A stretch of 64,000 bases of DNA from contig CAXXXS010000001.1 of the NCBI GenBank assembly GCA_963665085.2, positions 609,155-673,154 on the forward strand, given 5' to 3'. The notes below the pieces were generated by a model. The model had not been told where the DNA came from. It saw only the letters and a program-made list of their open reading frames with translations, and did no database searches. A program made the position numbers and the translations under genes. Every line of letters starts with the position of its first letter. The stretch's first letter is position 1. This DNA is from Bacteroidales bacterium. Its GTDB lineage: Bacteria > Bacteroidota > Bacteroidia > Bacteroidales > JAAAOM01. Of this stretch, positions 36,593 to 47,534 are shown in pieces.

Positions 36593-37888
36593 TTATCCTA
36601 CAAAATGATAATGCGAACCATAACGCTCAAAAGCAGACTTATCAAGAGATTCCCTGTGATCAGGGTGAGCAATGGAAATTAATAATTTTGCACGATCTTG
36701 CAATGTTTTCCCATAAAGGTTAACAGCTCCATACTCTGTAACTACCCAATGCATATTTGCACGTGTTGTTACTACACCAGAACCTTCAAGTAAAGTAGGA
36801 GATATTTTTGACACACCTTTCCCGGTAACAGAAGGAAGAGCAATAATAGGCTTACCCCCTTTTGAATAACCAGCCCCACGAATAAAATCGATCTGTCCAC
36901 CAACTCCTGAATAATGTTTTGTTCCGATAGAATCAGCACAAACCTGACCAGTAATATCAACTGCCAAAGCTGAGTTAATTGCAGTCATTTTATCAAATTT
37001 ACGAATGATGCTAACACTATTTGTGTGCCTTACATCCATCATTGCTACACGAGGGTTGTCATCAACAAAATCATATAAAGCCTGGGATCCCATCAAGAAA
37101 GAAGCAACCATCTTTCCACGATCAAGAGCTTTATGTTTTCCGGTAACAATACCTTTTTCAACTAATGGAAGAATACCATCAGCAAACATTTCTGTATGAA
37201 CACCTAAATCTTTATGGTTTCCTAACTGAGCTAAAACTGCATTAGGGATACCACCAATCCCCATTTGTAAACAAGCACCGTCTTCAATTAGCTCTGCAAC
37301 ATTTTTACCAATTGCTTTATCCATTTCAGTTAATGGAGCAGGATCATGTACATACAGTGGAGAATCATCTTCAACAAACATGTCTATTTCGCTTACATGA
37401 ATCATTGCGTCTCCCCAAGCACGCGGCACATTTGGATTTATAGCTGCGATAACAGTATCAGCATTTTGAATTGCCGCTAAAGTAGCATCAACAGAAGTAC
37501 CAAGTGAAACGTAGCCATGCTTGTCTGGTTTTGATACCAAAACCATAACAACATTTACTTTTAGATAACCCTCACGGATAAGTTTTTGCGTCTCACTTAA
37601 AAAAACAGGAATATAATCTGCATAACCTGCTTGTGTTTGCTTACGTAAGTTTGCACCAACAAAAAATTGTTCAGAAACAAATATTCCTTCAAACTCAGGA
37701 TCTGCAAAATCCACTTTGTTCTCAATATGAATGTGTTGAACTTTTACATTTGAAAATTCTTTATTTCGTCCTCTCTCAACCATAGGTTTGATAAGGCAAT
37801 GAGGAGTAACTGCAACACTACTTAAATGTACCCTGTCTCCGGTCTTAATTACTTTTACGGCCTCTTCGGCTGATATTGTTTTATACAT
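36593..37888 (-). CDS. Acetyl-CoA hydrolase/transferase-family CoA-transferase (4-hydroxybutyrate/butyrate CoA-transferase-like)
   Basis: 431 aa with family motifs (LQMGIGGIPNAV, GVHTEMF, SGVGGQIDFIRGA). Substrate specificity cannot be assigned from the sequence alone. Confidence 0.85.
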   Translation of the reverse strand: MYKTISAEEAVKVIKTGDRVHLSSVAVTPHCLIKPMVERGRNKEFSNVKVQHIHIENKVDFADPEFEGIFVSEQFFVGANLRKQTQAGYADYIPVFLSETQKLIREGYLKVNVVMVLVSKPDKHGYVSLGTSVDATLAAIQNADTVIAAINPNVPRAWGDAMIHVSEIDMFVEDDSPLYVHDPAPLTEMDKAIGKNVAELIEDGACLQMGIGGIPNAVLAQLGNHKDLGVHTEMFADGILPLVEKGIVTGKHKALDRGKMVASFLMGSQALYDFVDDNPRVAMMDVRHTNSVSIIRKFDKMTAINSALAVDITGQVCADSIGTKHYSGVGGQIDFIRGAGYSKGGKPIIALPSVTGKGVSKISPTLLEGSGVVTTRANMHWVVTEYGAVNLYGKTLQDRAKLLISIAHPDHRESLDKSAFERYGSHYHFVG

Positions 37889-38101
37889 TTATCTTAATTA
37901 TTTTGATTAATACTCAATATTTCCTTCAAACAACTACCCCTTACCACATCCCAGAACTAACAAGGCTTGTGGCTTATCATTCAAAAAAGAACTAAAAGGG
38001 TTTTCGGGAAGAGTAGGTTTTACTAATACTTTTTCCCCGTAAAAAAGTTTCAGCTAAGATGCGCAAGATTTTCAAAATCTGCAAATTAATTTTGAGTATT
38101 A

Positions 38102-39202
38102 TCAAGCTTGAGGCTTTTTCTTTCCTTTAAAATTTTTTCTTTTATTTCTTGGTTTCCTTTTCTTATTCAATGTTTTATTGTCAAACCGGTTTATATCATC
38201 GACCTGACCAATAGTCATGCTATCTATTGCTTTTGTAGTTTCTATCTTTGCATCCACTAATTCTTCAACAACTTCCCCTTTTTTGTTTTTCATAATAATT
38301 TCTTTCACTCTATCCAGGGGAACCGGAGTTAAGTCAATTGGACCTTCTTTACTATACGAATACCAAAGAATTCTCTTAAAAATGTCTGTTTTGAAGTGAT
38401 GTGCTATACCTTTTCTTGTTTCCAATTCCAGTAATTCTTTCGGAAATTCTGCACGTGCATCCAGGTAAGTATCGAGTTCGTACATAAGACAACATTTTAA
38501 TTTACCACATTGTCCTGCCAATTTTTGTGCATTTACAGGTAATTCCTGGTATCGAGCAGCATTTGTACTAACCGAAGTGAAATTTGTCCGCCATGAAGAA
38601 CAACATAATTCCCTGCCACAAGAACCTATTCCGCCGATCATTCCAGCTTCTTGCCGGGCACCAATTTGTTTCATCTCAACACGAATGCTGAATTCTCTCG
38701 CATAATGTTTAATTAATTCGCGAAAGTCAACCCTGTCTTCTGCTATGTAGTAAAAAATTGCTTTTGTACCGTCTCCTTGATATTCAACATCTCCTACTTT
38801 CATCTCAAGGCCAAGATTTTTTGCTATCTGCCTCGCCCGGATCATTGTCTGCGTTTCTTTACTTCTTGAATTCTCCAATTTCTCGATATCGCTTTCCCTT
38901 GCCTTTCGATATACTTTAGGAAACTCAATATTCTTTTTATCCAACCCCTTTTTCTTTAACTGGAGTAAGGCAAGCCTTCCTGTTAAAGTAACTGTTCCTA
39001 TATCGTGTCCCGGAGATGATTCTACAGCAATAATATCACCACGTTTTAAATATATCCCAGCTTCATTTCTAAAAAATTCTTTCCTGGTATTTTTAAATTG
39101 TACCTCTATAAGATCTATCTCTTCTGAAGTATCTGGTAAATTTTCTAACCAATCGTATGATGATAATTTTGTATTATTAAATGTGCATCCTGCGCAACCC
39201 AT
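38102..39202 (-). CDS. PSP1 domain protein (RicT/YaaT-like)
   Basis: 366 aa with a PSP1 C-terminal-type region containing Cys clusters (GSCGRELCCSSW ... GQCGKLKCCLMYE). It sits immediately downstream of holB, a common arrangement. Confidence 0.85.
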   Translation of the reverse strand: MGCAGCTFNNTKLSSYDWLENLPDTSEEIDLIEVQFKNTRKEFFRNEAGIYLKRGDIIAVESSPGHDIGTVTLTGRLALLQLKKKGLDKKNIEFPKVYRKARESDIEKLENSRSKETQTMIRARQIAKNLGLEMKVGDVEYQGDGTKAIFYYIAEDRVDFRELIKHYAREFSIRVEMKQIGARQEAGMIGGIGSCGRELCCSSWRTNFTSVSTNAARYQELPVNAQKLAGQCGKLKCCLMYELDTYLDARAEFPKELLELETRKGIAHHFKTDIFKRILWYSYSKEGPIDLTPVPLDRVKEIIMKNKKGEVVEELVDAKIETTKAIDSMTIGQVDDINRFDNKTLNKKRKPRNKRKNFKGKKKPQA

Positions 39203-39332
39203 ATTCTATTCAAATTGTTAATTTCCAAAAAACTTAAATAAGATAAATAAAAATATCTTTATTATTCACCTTGTAATTATAAAATTCGCGTACGTTATTT
39301 TTATTTGATTTAAATAAGTAAAGATATGAATT

Positions 39333-40451
39333 CTATCTAATAAGCTTTACAATCTTTAAAGCCATATCGAGCAATGTAATTTTTCCGTATGCATTTCTCT
39401 CAATATCTGCCTGAGCTTGTGTTATTTCAGATGCAATCTGAAAGGCATTATTTTGATTTATGAATGGACAAAATTTCTCTGCCCAGCCATATTCAATATC
39501 GGATAGTCTAACAATATCATTCACTTTTAAATTTAACATAAAATTTTCCCTTATCATTCGCAATGCGTAAGCAAAAAAACTTTTCTGCTTCTCTCTACCA
39601 AGACCTGACAACTCATCAACCCAGGAAAAAATTTCTATTAGCTTTCGACTATAACATAGCCTCATTATTTCAACAAACTTATTAAAATTATACTCTCTGC
39701 TTTTAGAATGATTTAAAAGATTCTGAGCTTCGAGATAATTTCCATTTGCTACACGTATTATACTATCAATTTCATTTTCAGAAATATCAAGTGTATTATG
39801 CAAATACATTTTTAGATCCTCATTTTCTATTTTTGGTATTTTTATTATCTGAGTCCTAGAAAGAATTGTTTGCAAAATATTTCCAGTATCTTCAGTAACA
39901 AGTAAAAATAATGTCTTTTCAGGAGGCTCTTCGATAAGTTTAAGCAACTTGTTTGATGCTGTCAAATTCATTTTTTCCGGCATCCATATAATCATTATTT
40001 TATACTCCGACTCATAGCTCTTAAGACTAAGTTTTCTAATAATCTCATGAGACTCCCTCTCTCCTATCTGCCCTTGTTTGTTCTCAATATTAATTGATTC
40101 ATACCACTGATTGGCATTTAAGTAAGAATTTTCAATTATCGTCCCTCTCCACTCTTTTATAAAATCATCACTCACAGGTTTTGTAATGGAACTACTCGCT
40201 ACTGGATAAACAAAATGAAGATCCGGATGTTCTAATTTTGCAATTTTAGTACACGAAGGGCATTTCCCACATGAATCTTCACCTGATTTATTAACACATA
40301 AAACATACTGGGCAAAAGCAATTGCCAATGCAAGATTACCAGAACCTTCTTGTCCGACAAACAATTGTGCATGACTAATCCTGTTCTCTGAAACCATTTG
40401 AACAAGTTTCTTTTTTATTTCATTCTGTCCGATTACTTCTGCAAAGCGCAT
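39333..40451 (-). CDS. holB: DNA polymerase III subunit delta'
   Basis: 372 aa. It has an AAA+-like N-terminus (HAQLFVGQEGSGNLALA), a Zn module (CGKCPSC), Walker-B-like IIWMPEKMN and sensor motif ILSRTQ. Confidence 0.85.
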   Translation of the reverse strand: MRFAEVIGQNEIKKKLVQMVSENRISHAQLFVGQEGSGNLALAIAFAQYVLCVNKSGEDSCGKCPSCTKIAKLEHPDLHFVYPVASSSITKPVSDDFIKEWRGTIIENSYLNANQWYESINIENKQGQIGERESHEIIRKLSLKSYESEYKIMIIWMPEKMNLTASNKLLKLIEEPPEKTLFLLVTEDTGNILQTILSRTQIIKIPKIENEDLKMYLHNTLDISENEIDSIIRVANGNYLEAQNLLNHSKSREYNFNKFVEIMRLCYSRKLIEIFSWVDELSGLGREKQKSFFAYALRMIRENFMLNLKVNDIVRLSDIEYGWAEKFCPFINQNNAFQIASEITQAQADIERNAYGKITLLDMALKIVKLIR

Positions 40452-40556
40452 GAAAAAAAATATAATATTTCTTATTTATCAATATAAAGCTACAAATGTA
40501 TATAAAATACTTTTTTTACCTTTGAGGCTTAAGTTAAACAATCAAATAAATTAACA

Positions 40557-41744
40557 ATGCAAACAATTGAGAATTATAATTTTTCAGGTAAAAAAGCAAT
40601 CGTTAGAGTAGATTTTAACGTGCCTTTGGACAAAGAAACGTTAGAAGTAACAGATGACACAAGAATTCGTGGTGCTTTGCCAACTATCAAAAAGATTTTA
40701 GATGATGGTGGTTCAGCAGTATTAATGTCTCACCTTGGCCGTCCGAAAGAAGGACCAGAAGAAAAATTCTCATTAAAGCATGTAGTTTCTACACTTTCAA
40801 AATTATCTGGTGTTGATGTAAAATTTGTTGATGATTGTATCGGCGAGAAAGTTTTAGAAGCAAAAGCTGCTCTTAAACCTGGTGAAATCCTACTTTTAGA
40901 AAACCTTCGTTTCTACAAACAAGAAAATAAAGATAAAGAAGGAATGCCAGAATTTGCTAAGAAATTAGCTGAAGGTTGCGACGTTTATGTAAATGATGCA
41001 TTTGGTACAGCTCACCGTTCGCATGCATCAACTGCTGTAATAGCTCAATTTGTTGAAGACAAAATGGCTGGATTTCTACTTGAAAAAGAAATTAAATTCT
41101 TAGGAGATACTGTAGCTAATCCTGAAAAACCTTTTGTTGCGATCGTTGGTGGCGCTAAAGTTTCAGGCAAACTTGAAGTTTTAAAAACTTTTATTGAAAA
41201 AGTTGACACTATCTTAATTGGCGGTGGAATGGCTTATACATTCTACAAAGCTCAAGGTCATTCAATTGGCAACTCTTTATTAGAAGAAGAATTAATTGAC
41301 ACTGCAAAACAAATTTTAGCGGATGCTAAAGCAAAAGGTGTTAAATTCATGCTTCCTATTGATAACTTGGCTGCTGATAAATTCGATAACGATGCTACTA
41401 TTGAGACTGTAGGTGTAGATATTCCTGAAGGAAAACTAGCATTAGATATAGGACCTGAAACAGTAAAAGCTTATGCTGCTGAAATAGCAAGTGCAAAAAC
41501 AGTTGTATGGAATGGTCCAATGGGATGTTTTGAAATGCCAAATTTTGCAAAAGGAACATTTGGTGTATGCCAAGCTGTTGCTGATTCTTCTGCCGTTTCT
41601 ATTATTGGAGGCGGAGATTCTGTAGCTGCCGTTAATCAAAGTGGATTAGCAGATAAAATGAGCCACATTTCAACAGGAGGTGGAGCTTCTTTAGAATTCC
41701 TTGAAGGTAAAGAATTACCAGGAATTAAAGCTGTAAGAGGATAA
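40557..41744 (+). CDS. pgk: Phosphoglycerate kinase
   Basis: 395 aa with classic motifs RVDFNVP, MSHLGRP, NDAFGTAHR, WNGPMG and STGGGASLEFLEG. Confidence 0.97.
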   Translation: MQTIENYNFSGKKAIVRVDFNVPLDKETLEVTDDTRIRGALPTIKKILDDGGSAVLMSHLGRPKEGPEEKFSLKHVVSTLSKLSGVDVKFVDDCIGEKVLEAKAALKPGEILLLENLRFYKQENKDKEGMPEFAKKLAEGCDVYVNDAFGTAHRSHASTAVIAQFVEDKMAGFLLEKEIKFLGDTVANPEKPFVAIVGGAKVSGKLEVLKTFIEKVDTILIGGGMAYTFYKAQGHSIGNSLLEEELIDTAKQILADAKAKGVKFMLPIDNLAADKFDNDATIETVGVDIPEGKLALDIGPETVKAYAAEIASAKTVVWNGPMGCFEMPNFAKGTFGVCQAVADSSAVSIIGGGDSVAAVNQSGLADKMSHISTGGGASLEFLEGKELPGIKAVRG

Positions 41745-41765
41745 AACCTAAATAAATAAACTTTC

Positions 41766-41795
41766 AGCCGGAGTTATTTTTCTCCGGCTTTTTTA
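41766..41795 (+). terminator. Rho-independent terminator after pgk
   Basis: The stem joins AGCCGGAG (41766-41773) and CTCCGGCT (41782-41789) with an 8-nt loop. A T-run (41790-41794) follows, 22 nt after the pgk stop. Confidence 0.8.
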
Positions 41796-41846
41796 TGATT
41801 AATGGATAATCCCTATCTTTGAAAACCATGACAAAAATCATATTAA

Positions 41847-42668
41847 ATGAACAATAATAAAATAGCTATTTTAGGCGGAGGAAACCTTGGATCCGCAATT
41901 GCAGAAGGACTAATTAGTTCTGATTACACTGAAGGTAAGAACATAACTGTAACAAGAAGAAAAATACATTTAATTGAATATCTTACAAAAAAAGGGGCAC
42001 ATGTTACAAATGATAATATAGCTGCCGTTAAATCCTCTAATATCATTATTCTTGCAGTAAAACCATACCAGGTACTTAACCTTGTATCTGAAATATCATC
42101 TGCATTATCTGATAAAAAACATATATTAGTATCTGTTGTTACAGGGATTTCTATCAGGGAAATAAACAAAATAGTACCTAATATTCCTGTATACAGAGCA
42201 ATGCCAAACACCGCAATTGCAATAAGAGAATCCATGACCTGTATTGCTTCAGGAAACGGACATGATAAAAAATTAGACATTGTTTGCAACATATTTGACC
42301 ATCTCGGAAAAACGGTAATAATTAATGAAGAACTTATGGGTGCTGCTACAGTAATAGGTGCTTGTGGAGTTGCCTTTGCATTACGTTTTATGAGAGCAAT
42401 GTCTCAGGGTGGTATTGAAATCGGTTTTAATTCAGAATTGTCACAATTTATTACAGCTCAGACCATTAAAGGTGCTACGCAACTAATCCTGGAAAGTGAA
42501 AATCATCCGGAAAAAGAAATTGATAAAGTTACTACCCCCCAGGGAATAACTATCTCAGGCCTGAATGAAATGGAACATCAAGGATTCAGTTCTGCAGTAA
42601 TAAAAGGACTTCTTCAATCATTCAAAAAATTAGAAGCAATTGAAGAGAAAAAGAATAATAAAAATTAA
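41847..42668 (+). CDS. proC: Pyrroline-5-carboxylate reductase
   Basis: 273 aa with an N-terminal Rossmann motif (IAILGGGNLGSAI), AVKP, RAMPNTA, and the C-terminal dimerisation-domain motif VTTPQGITI. Confidence 0.92.
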   Translation: MNNNKIAILGGGNLGSAIAEGLISSDYTEGKNITVTRRKIHLIEYLTKKGAHVTNDNIAAVKSSNIIILAVKPYQVLNLVSEISSALSDKKHILVSVVTGISIREINKIVPNIPVYRAMPNTAIAIRESMTCIASGNGHDKKLDIVCNIFDHLGKTVIINEELMGAATVIGACGVAFALRFMRAMSQGGIEIGFNSELSQFITAQTIKGATQLILESENHPEKEIDKVTTPQGITISGLNEMEHQGFSSAVIKGLLQSFKKLEAIEEKKNNKN

Positions 42669-45600
42669 TATTTAATTAATCTTATTGATTCTGAGTAACC
42701 AGTTTCTAATTCTGTAACCCTCAAAAAATATAATCCAGAAGGAATTTCATAACCAAACTGTAGCGTTGATTCAGTTTCTTCTAGGATAGAGGAATGAAGT
42801 ACATTACCAGAGATAGATATTAATTCCATCTTTAATTCACCACTTATTCCATTTCTAGCTATTAGAAGACTATTTTTAAACGGATTTGGATAGGCACTAA
42901 CTTTGTTTAGTTTAGCACTCTTATGGTTCCCAATTCCTACTGTTGGCTCTAATTTTTTATTAATCACTGCCTGTAAAACACTATTATCATCTTCATCCTG
43001 CAAGAACAAAGCAACTTTCATATTGTCTACATTCTCAACATTGTCAACATCCCAGGTATAGCTATCTGAATATTCTTCATCTTCATCCCAGTCAGATTGT
43101 AATAAAATACCTCCTGCATCTGGCAAAAACTTCCTGAATGTATTCATAAAAATGATATTCTCCCCATCTACTTCCAGTTCAACAGAATCTTCAAGAATTA
43201 CAATGTATAGATATAAATCCCTGTCATTTGTTGATTCTAACGATTTTACCGAATAATCAACGCCAAGGGTATTATCCTCAACAACTGTATTTAATTCTAA
43301 TTCAAAGTTTGATTCTTCAAGTGATTTTACAATAATATCATTGCTTGAGATATCACTTGTCCCGTATTCATAAATATCAGTCCCATCCAACAAAGACAAT
43401 GGCACTGTTGAAGAGCCATAATATAGAAGACGGGCATTTACTTCAAGTGGGTTTATTAAATTAAAAGGATCGCTCCCCGGAAAATCTGTGTGATATTGAA
43501 TATCTATCAGATCGTTAATATTCTCTAATCTAAGTGTATTTATGAGATTGTCTTCTGTTAAACTAAGATCATCATTTGTGTTGGTAAAATGCTCTAAAAG
43601 AACCACATGATTTCGTTCCTGAAACCAAATATTATCAAAGCTTACACCACCATTCTCGTTATTAGTACCATCAGAACCATATACAATTCTAAACTGAATA
43701 TTGGTTTTTCCAGCTAATTCGTCCAATCGATGTCTTACTTCTACCCACTTAGTATCCTTAATATTAGTCCAGCCTTCATCATGTCCGCCAGGGTTACCGT
43801 TTATCTGATATGAATTGTACCAATTAAGACCATCATCGACAGTACCAACTAGATTCCATGTTTTTCCATTATCCGTTGTATATTGCAGGTTTGCGCCGTC
43901 ACGAACTTCCTCAAAATCCCTCCAAATATCAAACTTAACAAAAGGTTTCTCTATATCTTCAAAATTAAAACATGGACTTTTTATCCAAGAGGATTCTTCT
44001 CCCGTATATTCAAGTTGTGTGTACCATGCTTTATTGTTTGTTGTCTTACTAAGGCTTTCTTCTGTTGAGCCAAATAACCAACTGTTATTATTTAAAGCTT
44101 TGCTAAATTCATTTTCCCAATATGTATTAGTCACTTCAAAGTCCTGGAAATAAGGGCCATCAGCAATTTTAAAAGTAGGTTTGAGCTGAATATTATCCTC
44201 AACAGTATCTACACATCCTTGCGTAGTTTTTGCTATCAATTTCACCAGGTATTCATCAAGAAGACTGAATTTATAGTATATACTATCTCCATAAAAATAT
44301 TCTGTCCCTACATCATCAGAAAAAATCCACTCATATTCAACTATATCGTAATTACTGGTAACTGTTTGCACAAAAAGAATTGAAGTATCTGGATCTAAAC
44401 ACTCAGAGGAAAAAGTAAAACTTGAAAGAGGGCTTTTCCCAAATTCAATATCTTTTGTAGCAGTAGCCACACAATTTTCACTAGTAGTTGCAGTAAGAGA
44501 TACAGTATAATCATCTGCTGTTTCGTACGTATGAGAAGGATTTTCTATAGTACTGGTATTCTGAGAACTTCCAAAATCATTAAAATTCCATAACCAAGCA
44601 GTTATTTCATCTTCCGACTCGGTTTGGTTAATAAACCTAATTGCTAATGGGGAATTTTCATTTACACATGTATCCTGTGTTGTGAAATAAATATGCGGTA
44701 TATCATTAACAACAACCGTTTCTATGGCTTTACTAATACATCCACTTGGCGCTTCATAACTAAATGTAAGATCATTAGTCCCAACACTAGCTTTTTTGGG
44801 ATTAAAATAGAAATTAATTGCGTCTGTAGTATCTGATTCGACACCTGTACCAGAAAACACACCGTCCAGTTCACTTCCATTTAATACAATTCGTGAATCA
44901 TTTCCACAAAATTCTGTTGTATTAAGTATAAAAAAGACCTCATCCACATATTCTATACTTATAATTCTTTCCAAAGCGTCATAAGAACTTCCGCTCCAAT
45001 AGGTATACGTAATTGTATAATCGCCAACTCCAAGGACCTGGGGATTGATAGTAGCACTGTTGTCTCCATGGTTTGTTAACCCAACACCTCCTGATATTGA
45101 AAAAGTACCTACCTGCTCATAAATATTAGCCCCTGTTATAATAAAAGGATCTTCATTCGAACAAAACACATCCCTATCATCAGGAAAAAATATATTCGCA
45201 ATCGAATCAATTATTGTAACCTCAGCTGTATCTGAATAAAAACAACCCGTAGTAGGATTTTCATAGCTGTAAATTATTTCGTATGGCGTTTCGCCATATT
45301 CAACTGCCAATTCAGGATAAAATATTGAAGTACTCGTTACAACACCATCTCCTTTAAATTCTCCTCCTGAAGGACTTGCCACTAGTTGAACAGGATTAGA
45401 GTTTATTGCATATGTTGAGCTCAGCCCAACAAACTGAATTTCAACATCAGGATAATTCGATACTGTTGCTGAACCGCTGGACGTTCCAATACAACCATTA
45501 TTATCTGTAAATTCTAATATTTCATATTCTCCAGGCTCTGTAACATGGAAAGAAAAAGGTGTTGTATTAATTCCTTCTATCGTCCCAGCAGATTCATCAT

Positions 45601-46360
45601 CAATCATATATTCCATATCATAAGGAGCAGAACCAGTAAATATTACACTCAACGGCGTTGATTCTTCTGCACATTTCTCATCTCCTCCCACTAAGTATGC
45701 AGTTGATTTATCATAATGCGATAATGTAAATGTTCCAACAGCTGTACCCGTACAGTTTTGATCACTAACAGTAAGAAGTGAATATGTTCCTTCCTGAGAA
45801 ATATTTAAATAATAGGGTGAAGATTGAATCTTAGAAACTGTTACGGCAGTTCCTCCATTATAACTGTATGTTATCTTCCATGGGGCGTTACCGTTAAGAT
45901 CTATCCTTGCATTGTACGAACTTTCTTCACAAATTGATCTATTGCCAGATATTATTGCTTCCGTTAATGGTGCAATGAGACTCGTTTTTATAGTATCTGT
46001 AGAATACGTTATTGGCCCATCATTATCAGAAGCCGCAATCAAATAGAACTCTCCTGTTTTGTCGAATTCTAAAATTGTATCTTGCTCATAAATATTATTA
46101 TAGATATTTGTAAAATCACCTTCTGAATTATTAACCTGGATTGTTACACTCCATGGAGCGGTCCCCGCCAGGGATAAATTAATTTCCACAACCTCTCCAT
46201 AACAAATAGCAGTCTCTCCAGTGATAACTGCTTGTTGAGCAAACACTGAATTAGAAGTCAATAAAAGGACTATAGTGACTCCAAGATATAATATCTTATT
46301 TGCTAACCCTCGTAAATATGCAAATGGCCAGAAATTATTATTTTTGTATTTATTATTCAC
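42665..46360 (-). CDS. Large T9SS-secreted surface protein: Ig-like repeats, two PKD domains, a MAM/LamG-like jelly-roll, an Omp28/thioredoxin-like region and a T9SS C-terminal domain
   Basis: 1231 aa with a signal/TM segment (ILYLGVTIVLLLTSNSVFAQQ). PKD-like segments are present (WLWNFNDFGSSQNTSTIENPSHTYETADDYTVSLTAT; YEWIFSDDVGTE...YLVKLIAKT). There is a jelly-roll-like region (WIKSPCFNF ... GANLQYTTDNGKTWNLVG ... IQFRIVYGSDG). The T9SS CTD reads AYPNPFKNSLLI ... GLYFLRVTE. It is the last gene of the six-gene operon. Confidence 0.8.
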   Translation of the reverse strand: MNNKYKNNNFWPFAYLRGLANKILYLGVTIVLLLTSNSVFAQQAVITGETAICYGEVVEINLSLAGTAPWSVTIQVNNSEGDFTNIYNNIYEQDTILEFDKTGEFYLIAASDNDGPITYSTDTIKTSLIAPLTEAIISGNRSICEESSYNARIDLNGNAPWKITYSYNGGTAVTVSKIQSSPYYLNISQEGTYSLLTVSDQNCTGTAVGTFTLSHYDKSTAYLVGGDEKCAEESTPLSVIFTGSAPYDMEYMIDDESAGTIEGINTTPFSFHVTEPGEYEILEFTDNNGCIGTSSGSATVSNYPDVEIQFVGLSSTYAINSNPVQLVASPSGGEFKGDGVVTSTSIFYPELAVEYGETPYEIIYSYENPTTGCFYSDTAEVTIIDSIANIFFPDDRDVFCSNEDPFIITGANIYEQVGTFSISGGVGLTNHGDNSATINPQVLGVGDYTITYTYWSGSSYDALERIISIEYVDEVFFILNTTEFCGNDSRIVLNGSELDGVFSGTGVESDTTDAINFYFNPKKASVGTNDLTFSYEAPSGCISKAIETVVVNDIPHIYFTTQDTCVNENSPLAIRFINQTESEDEITAWLWNFNDFGSSQNTSTIENPSHTYETADDYTVSLTATTSENCVATATKDIEFGKSPLSSFTFSSECLDPDTSILFVQTVTSNYDIVEYEWIFSDDVGTEYFYGDSIYYKFSLLDEYLVKLIAKTTQGCVDTVEDNIQLKPTFKIADGPYFQDFEVTNTYWENEFSKALNNNSWLFGSTEESLSKTTNNKAWYTQLEYTGEESSWIKSPCFNFEDIEKPFVKFDIWRDFEEVRDGANLQYTTDNGKTWNLVGTVDDGLNWYNSYQINGNPGGHDEGWTNIKDTKWVEVRHRLDELAGKTNIQFRIVYGSDGTNNENGGVSFDNIWFQERNHVVLLEHFTNTNDDLSLTEDNLINTLRLENINDLIDIQYHTDFPGSDPFNLINPLEVNARLLYYGSSTVPLSLLDGTDIYEYGTSDISSNDIIVKSLEESNFELELNTVVEDNTLGVDYSVKSLESTNDRDLYLYIVILEDSVELEVDGENIIFMNTFRKFLPDAGGILLQSDWDEDEEYSDSYTWDVDNVENVDNMKVALFLQDEDDNSVLQAVINKKLEPTVGIGNHKSAKLNKVSAYPNPFKNSLLIARNGISGELKMELISISGNVLHSSILEETESTLQFGYEIPSGLYFLRVTELETGYSESIRLIKY

Positions 46361-47534
46361 TTGAATTCAATTTTAATAGTGCGACATCGCTACTCTCATT
46401 TTCATTATAGCCTACAAGATATAGTTCTCCATCAATTACTAATGAATTATTTACTTGTAATAGAGATGCATTTGAACTGTTATTTGCACCCAATTCTTTT
46501 TTTGCTAAAAAGTCACCATCAAAATCATAATATAATATACAAATATTACCATTTTTCTGGCCTTTAGGAAACCTGTTTGATATTACTGCAAATCCTTTAT
46601 TCTGAAAAACAATATCAACAGGTACAATGTTTCTTGTATCTACAAAATCGGTTTCCCATTCAACACTCAAAAAATTATCCAGATCAACTCCATAAATCTT
46701 CAAACCGCTAACTTCATCATCTGAATTTTTTTCGTTTGCTGCAAAGATTATCGTATTATCATACTTTTTCAGACATAATCCTTCATTAATTTTCTCAGAA
46801 CCATACGATTTATAACCTGTCTGTTTACCTGTACCCTTGAGATTAACAAGCCATATAGATCGTTCTCTACTGGATGTAACATTATAACTCTCTGAATAAC
46901 CAATAAAATAGTATGAATCGTCTACTTCAATAATATTAGAAGCTATATCATCTGCATAACTTCCTCCATTAACGTATTGAGAAACAAGTTCCCCATCCAA
47001 ATTAATTTTCAAAAAATAGGTGTCTGTTAAATCTCCAGTGCTTGTAGTATTTCCCAGTACAACAATCTCATTCCCTAAAATAATAGCATCAGAAGCACTA
47101 ACGCTATTAAGATATTCTCCGTAATAATTGCTCCACTCGATTGAATTATTTTTTAACTTTCTAATAAGTATCCTTTCATTATACCCATCATCCATTACAC
47201 TTGAAACTATGTATAAATTATTCGCTTCATCACAAAGAAGTTTTTGCCCGTACTCATCTTCATCCAAATCATCGAGGATAAAAGGTTTATTAATAAACTC
47301 TCCTTGCTTGTTTAAAAAATATAAACAAGTACTTGCCCTGCTTGTATCTGTAACCTGAAAATTCGATAAGACACAAATATTATTATTATACTCACAAATA
47401 TCTACTCCAATATCGTTTTTACCTTCTCCAAAATATTTAACAAATGCAATATCTGATTGTGTTCCTTCATCAACACATCCCGTTATAAAACTAATAACAA
47501 CAAAAACCGCAAATATGATATTTCTATAATTCAT
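46353..47534 (-). CDS. Lipoprotein with repeated beta-propeller-like units
   Basis: 393 aa with the lipobox SFITGC. Repeated units are present (LYIVSSV..., YFIGYSE..., LYLVGYNENESSDVALLKLN). It overlaps the downstream gene by 8 nt and abuts the upstream gene with 0 nt between them. Confidence 0.6.
   Translation of the reverse strand: MNYRNIIFAVFVVISFITGCVDEGTQSDIAFVKYFGEGKNDIGVDICEYNNNICVLSNFQVTDTSRASTCLYFLNKQGEFINKPFILDDLDEDEYGQKLLCDEANNLYIVSSVMDDGYNERILIRKLKNNSIEWSNYYGEYLNSVSASDAIILGNEIVVLGNTTSTGDLTDTYFLKINLDGELVSQYVNGGSYADDIASNIIEVDDSYYFIGYSESYNVTSSRERSIWLVNLKGTGKQTGYKSYGSEKINEGLCLKKYDNTIIFAANEKNSDDEVSGLKIYGVDLDNFLSVEWETDFVDTRNIVPVDIVFQNKGFAVISNRFPKGQKNGNICILYYDFDGDFLAKKELGANNSSNASLLQVNNSLVIDGELYLVGYNENESSDVALLKLNSSE

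Noticed and set aside
38068-38090. AGATTTTCAAAATCT palindrome between the PSP1 gene and the CoA-transferase gene
   Set aside because: It is a 7-1-7 A/T-only palindrome in AT-rich DNA with no second copy in the window. It could be a weak terminator for the PSP1 gene or simply chance, and there is not enough support to call it.
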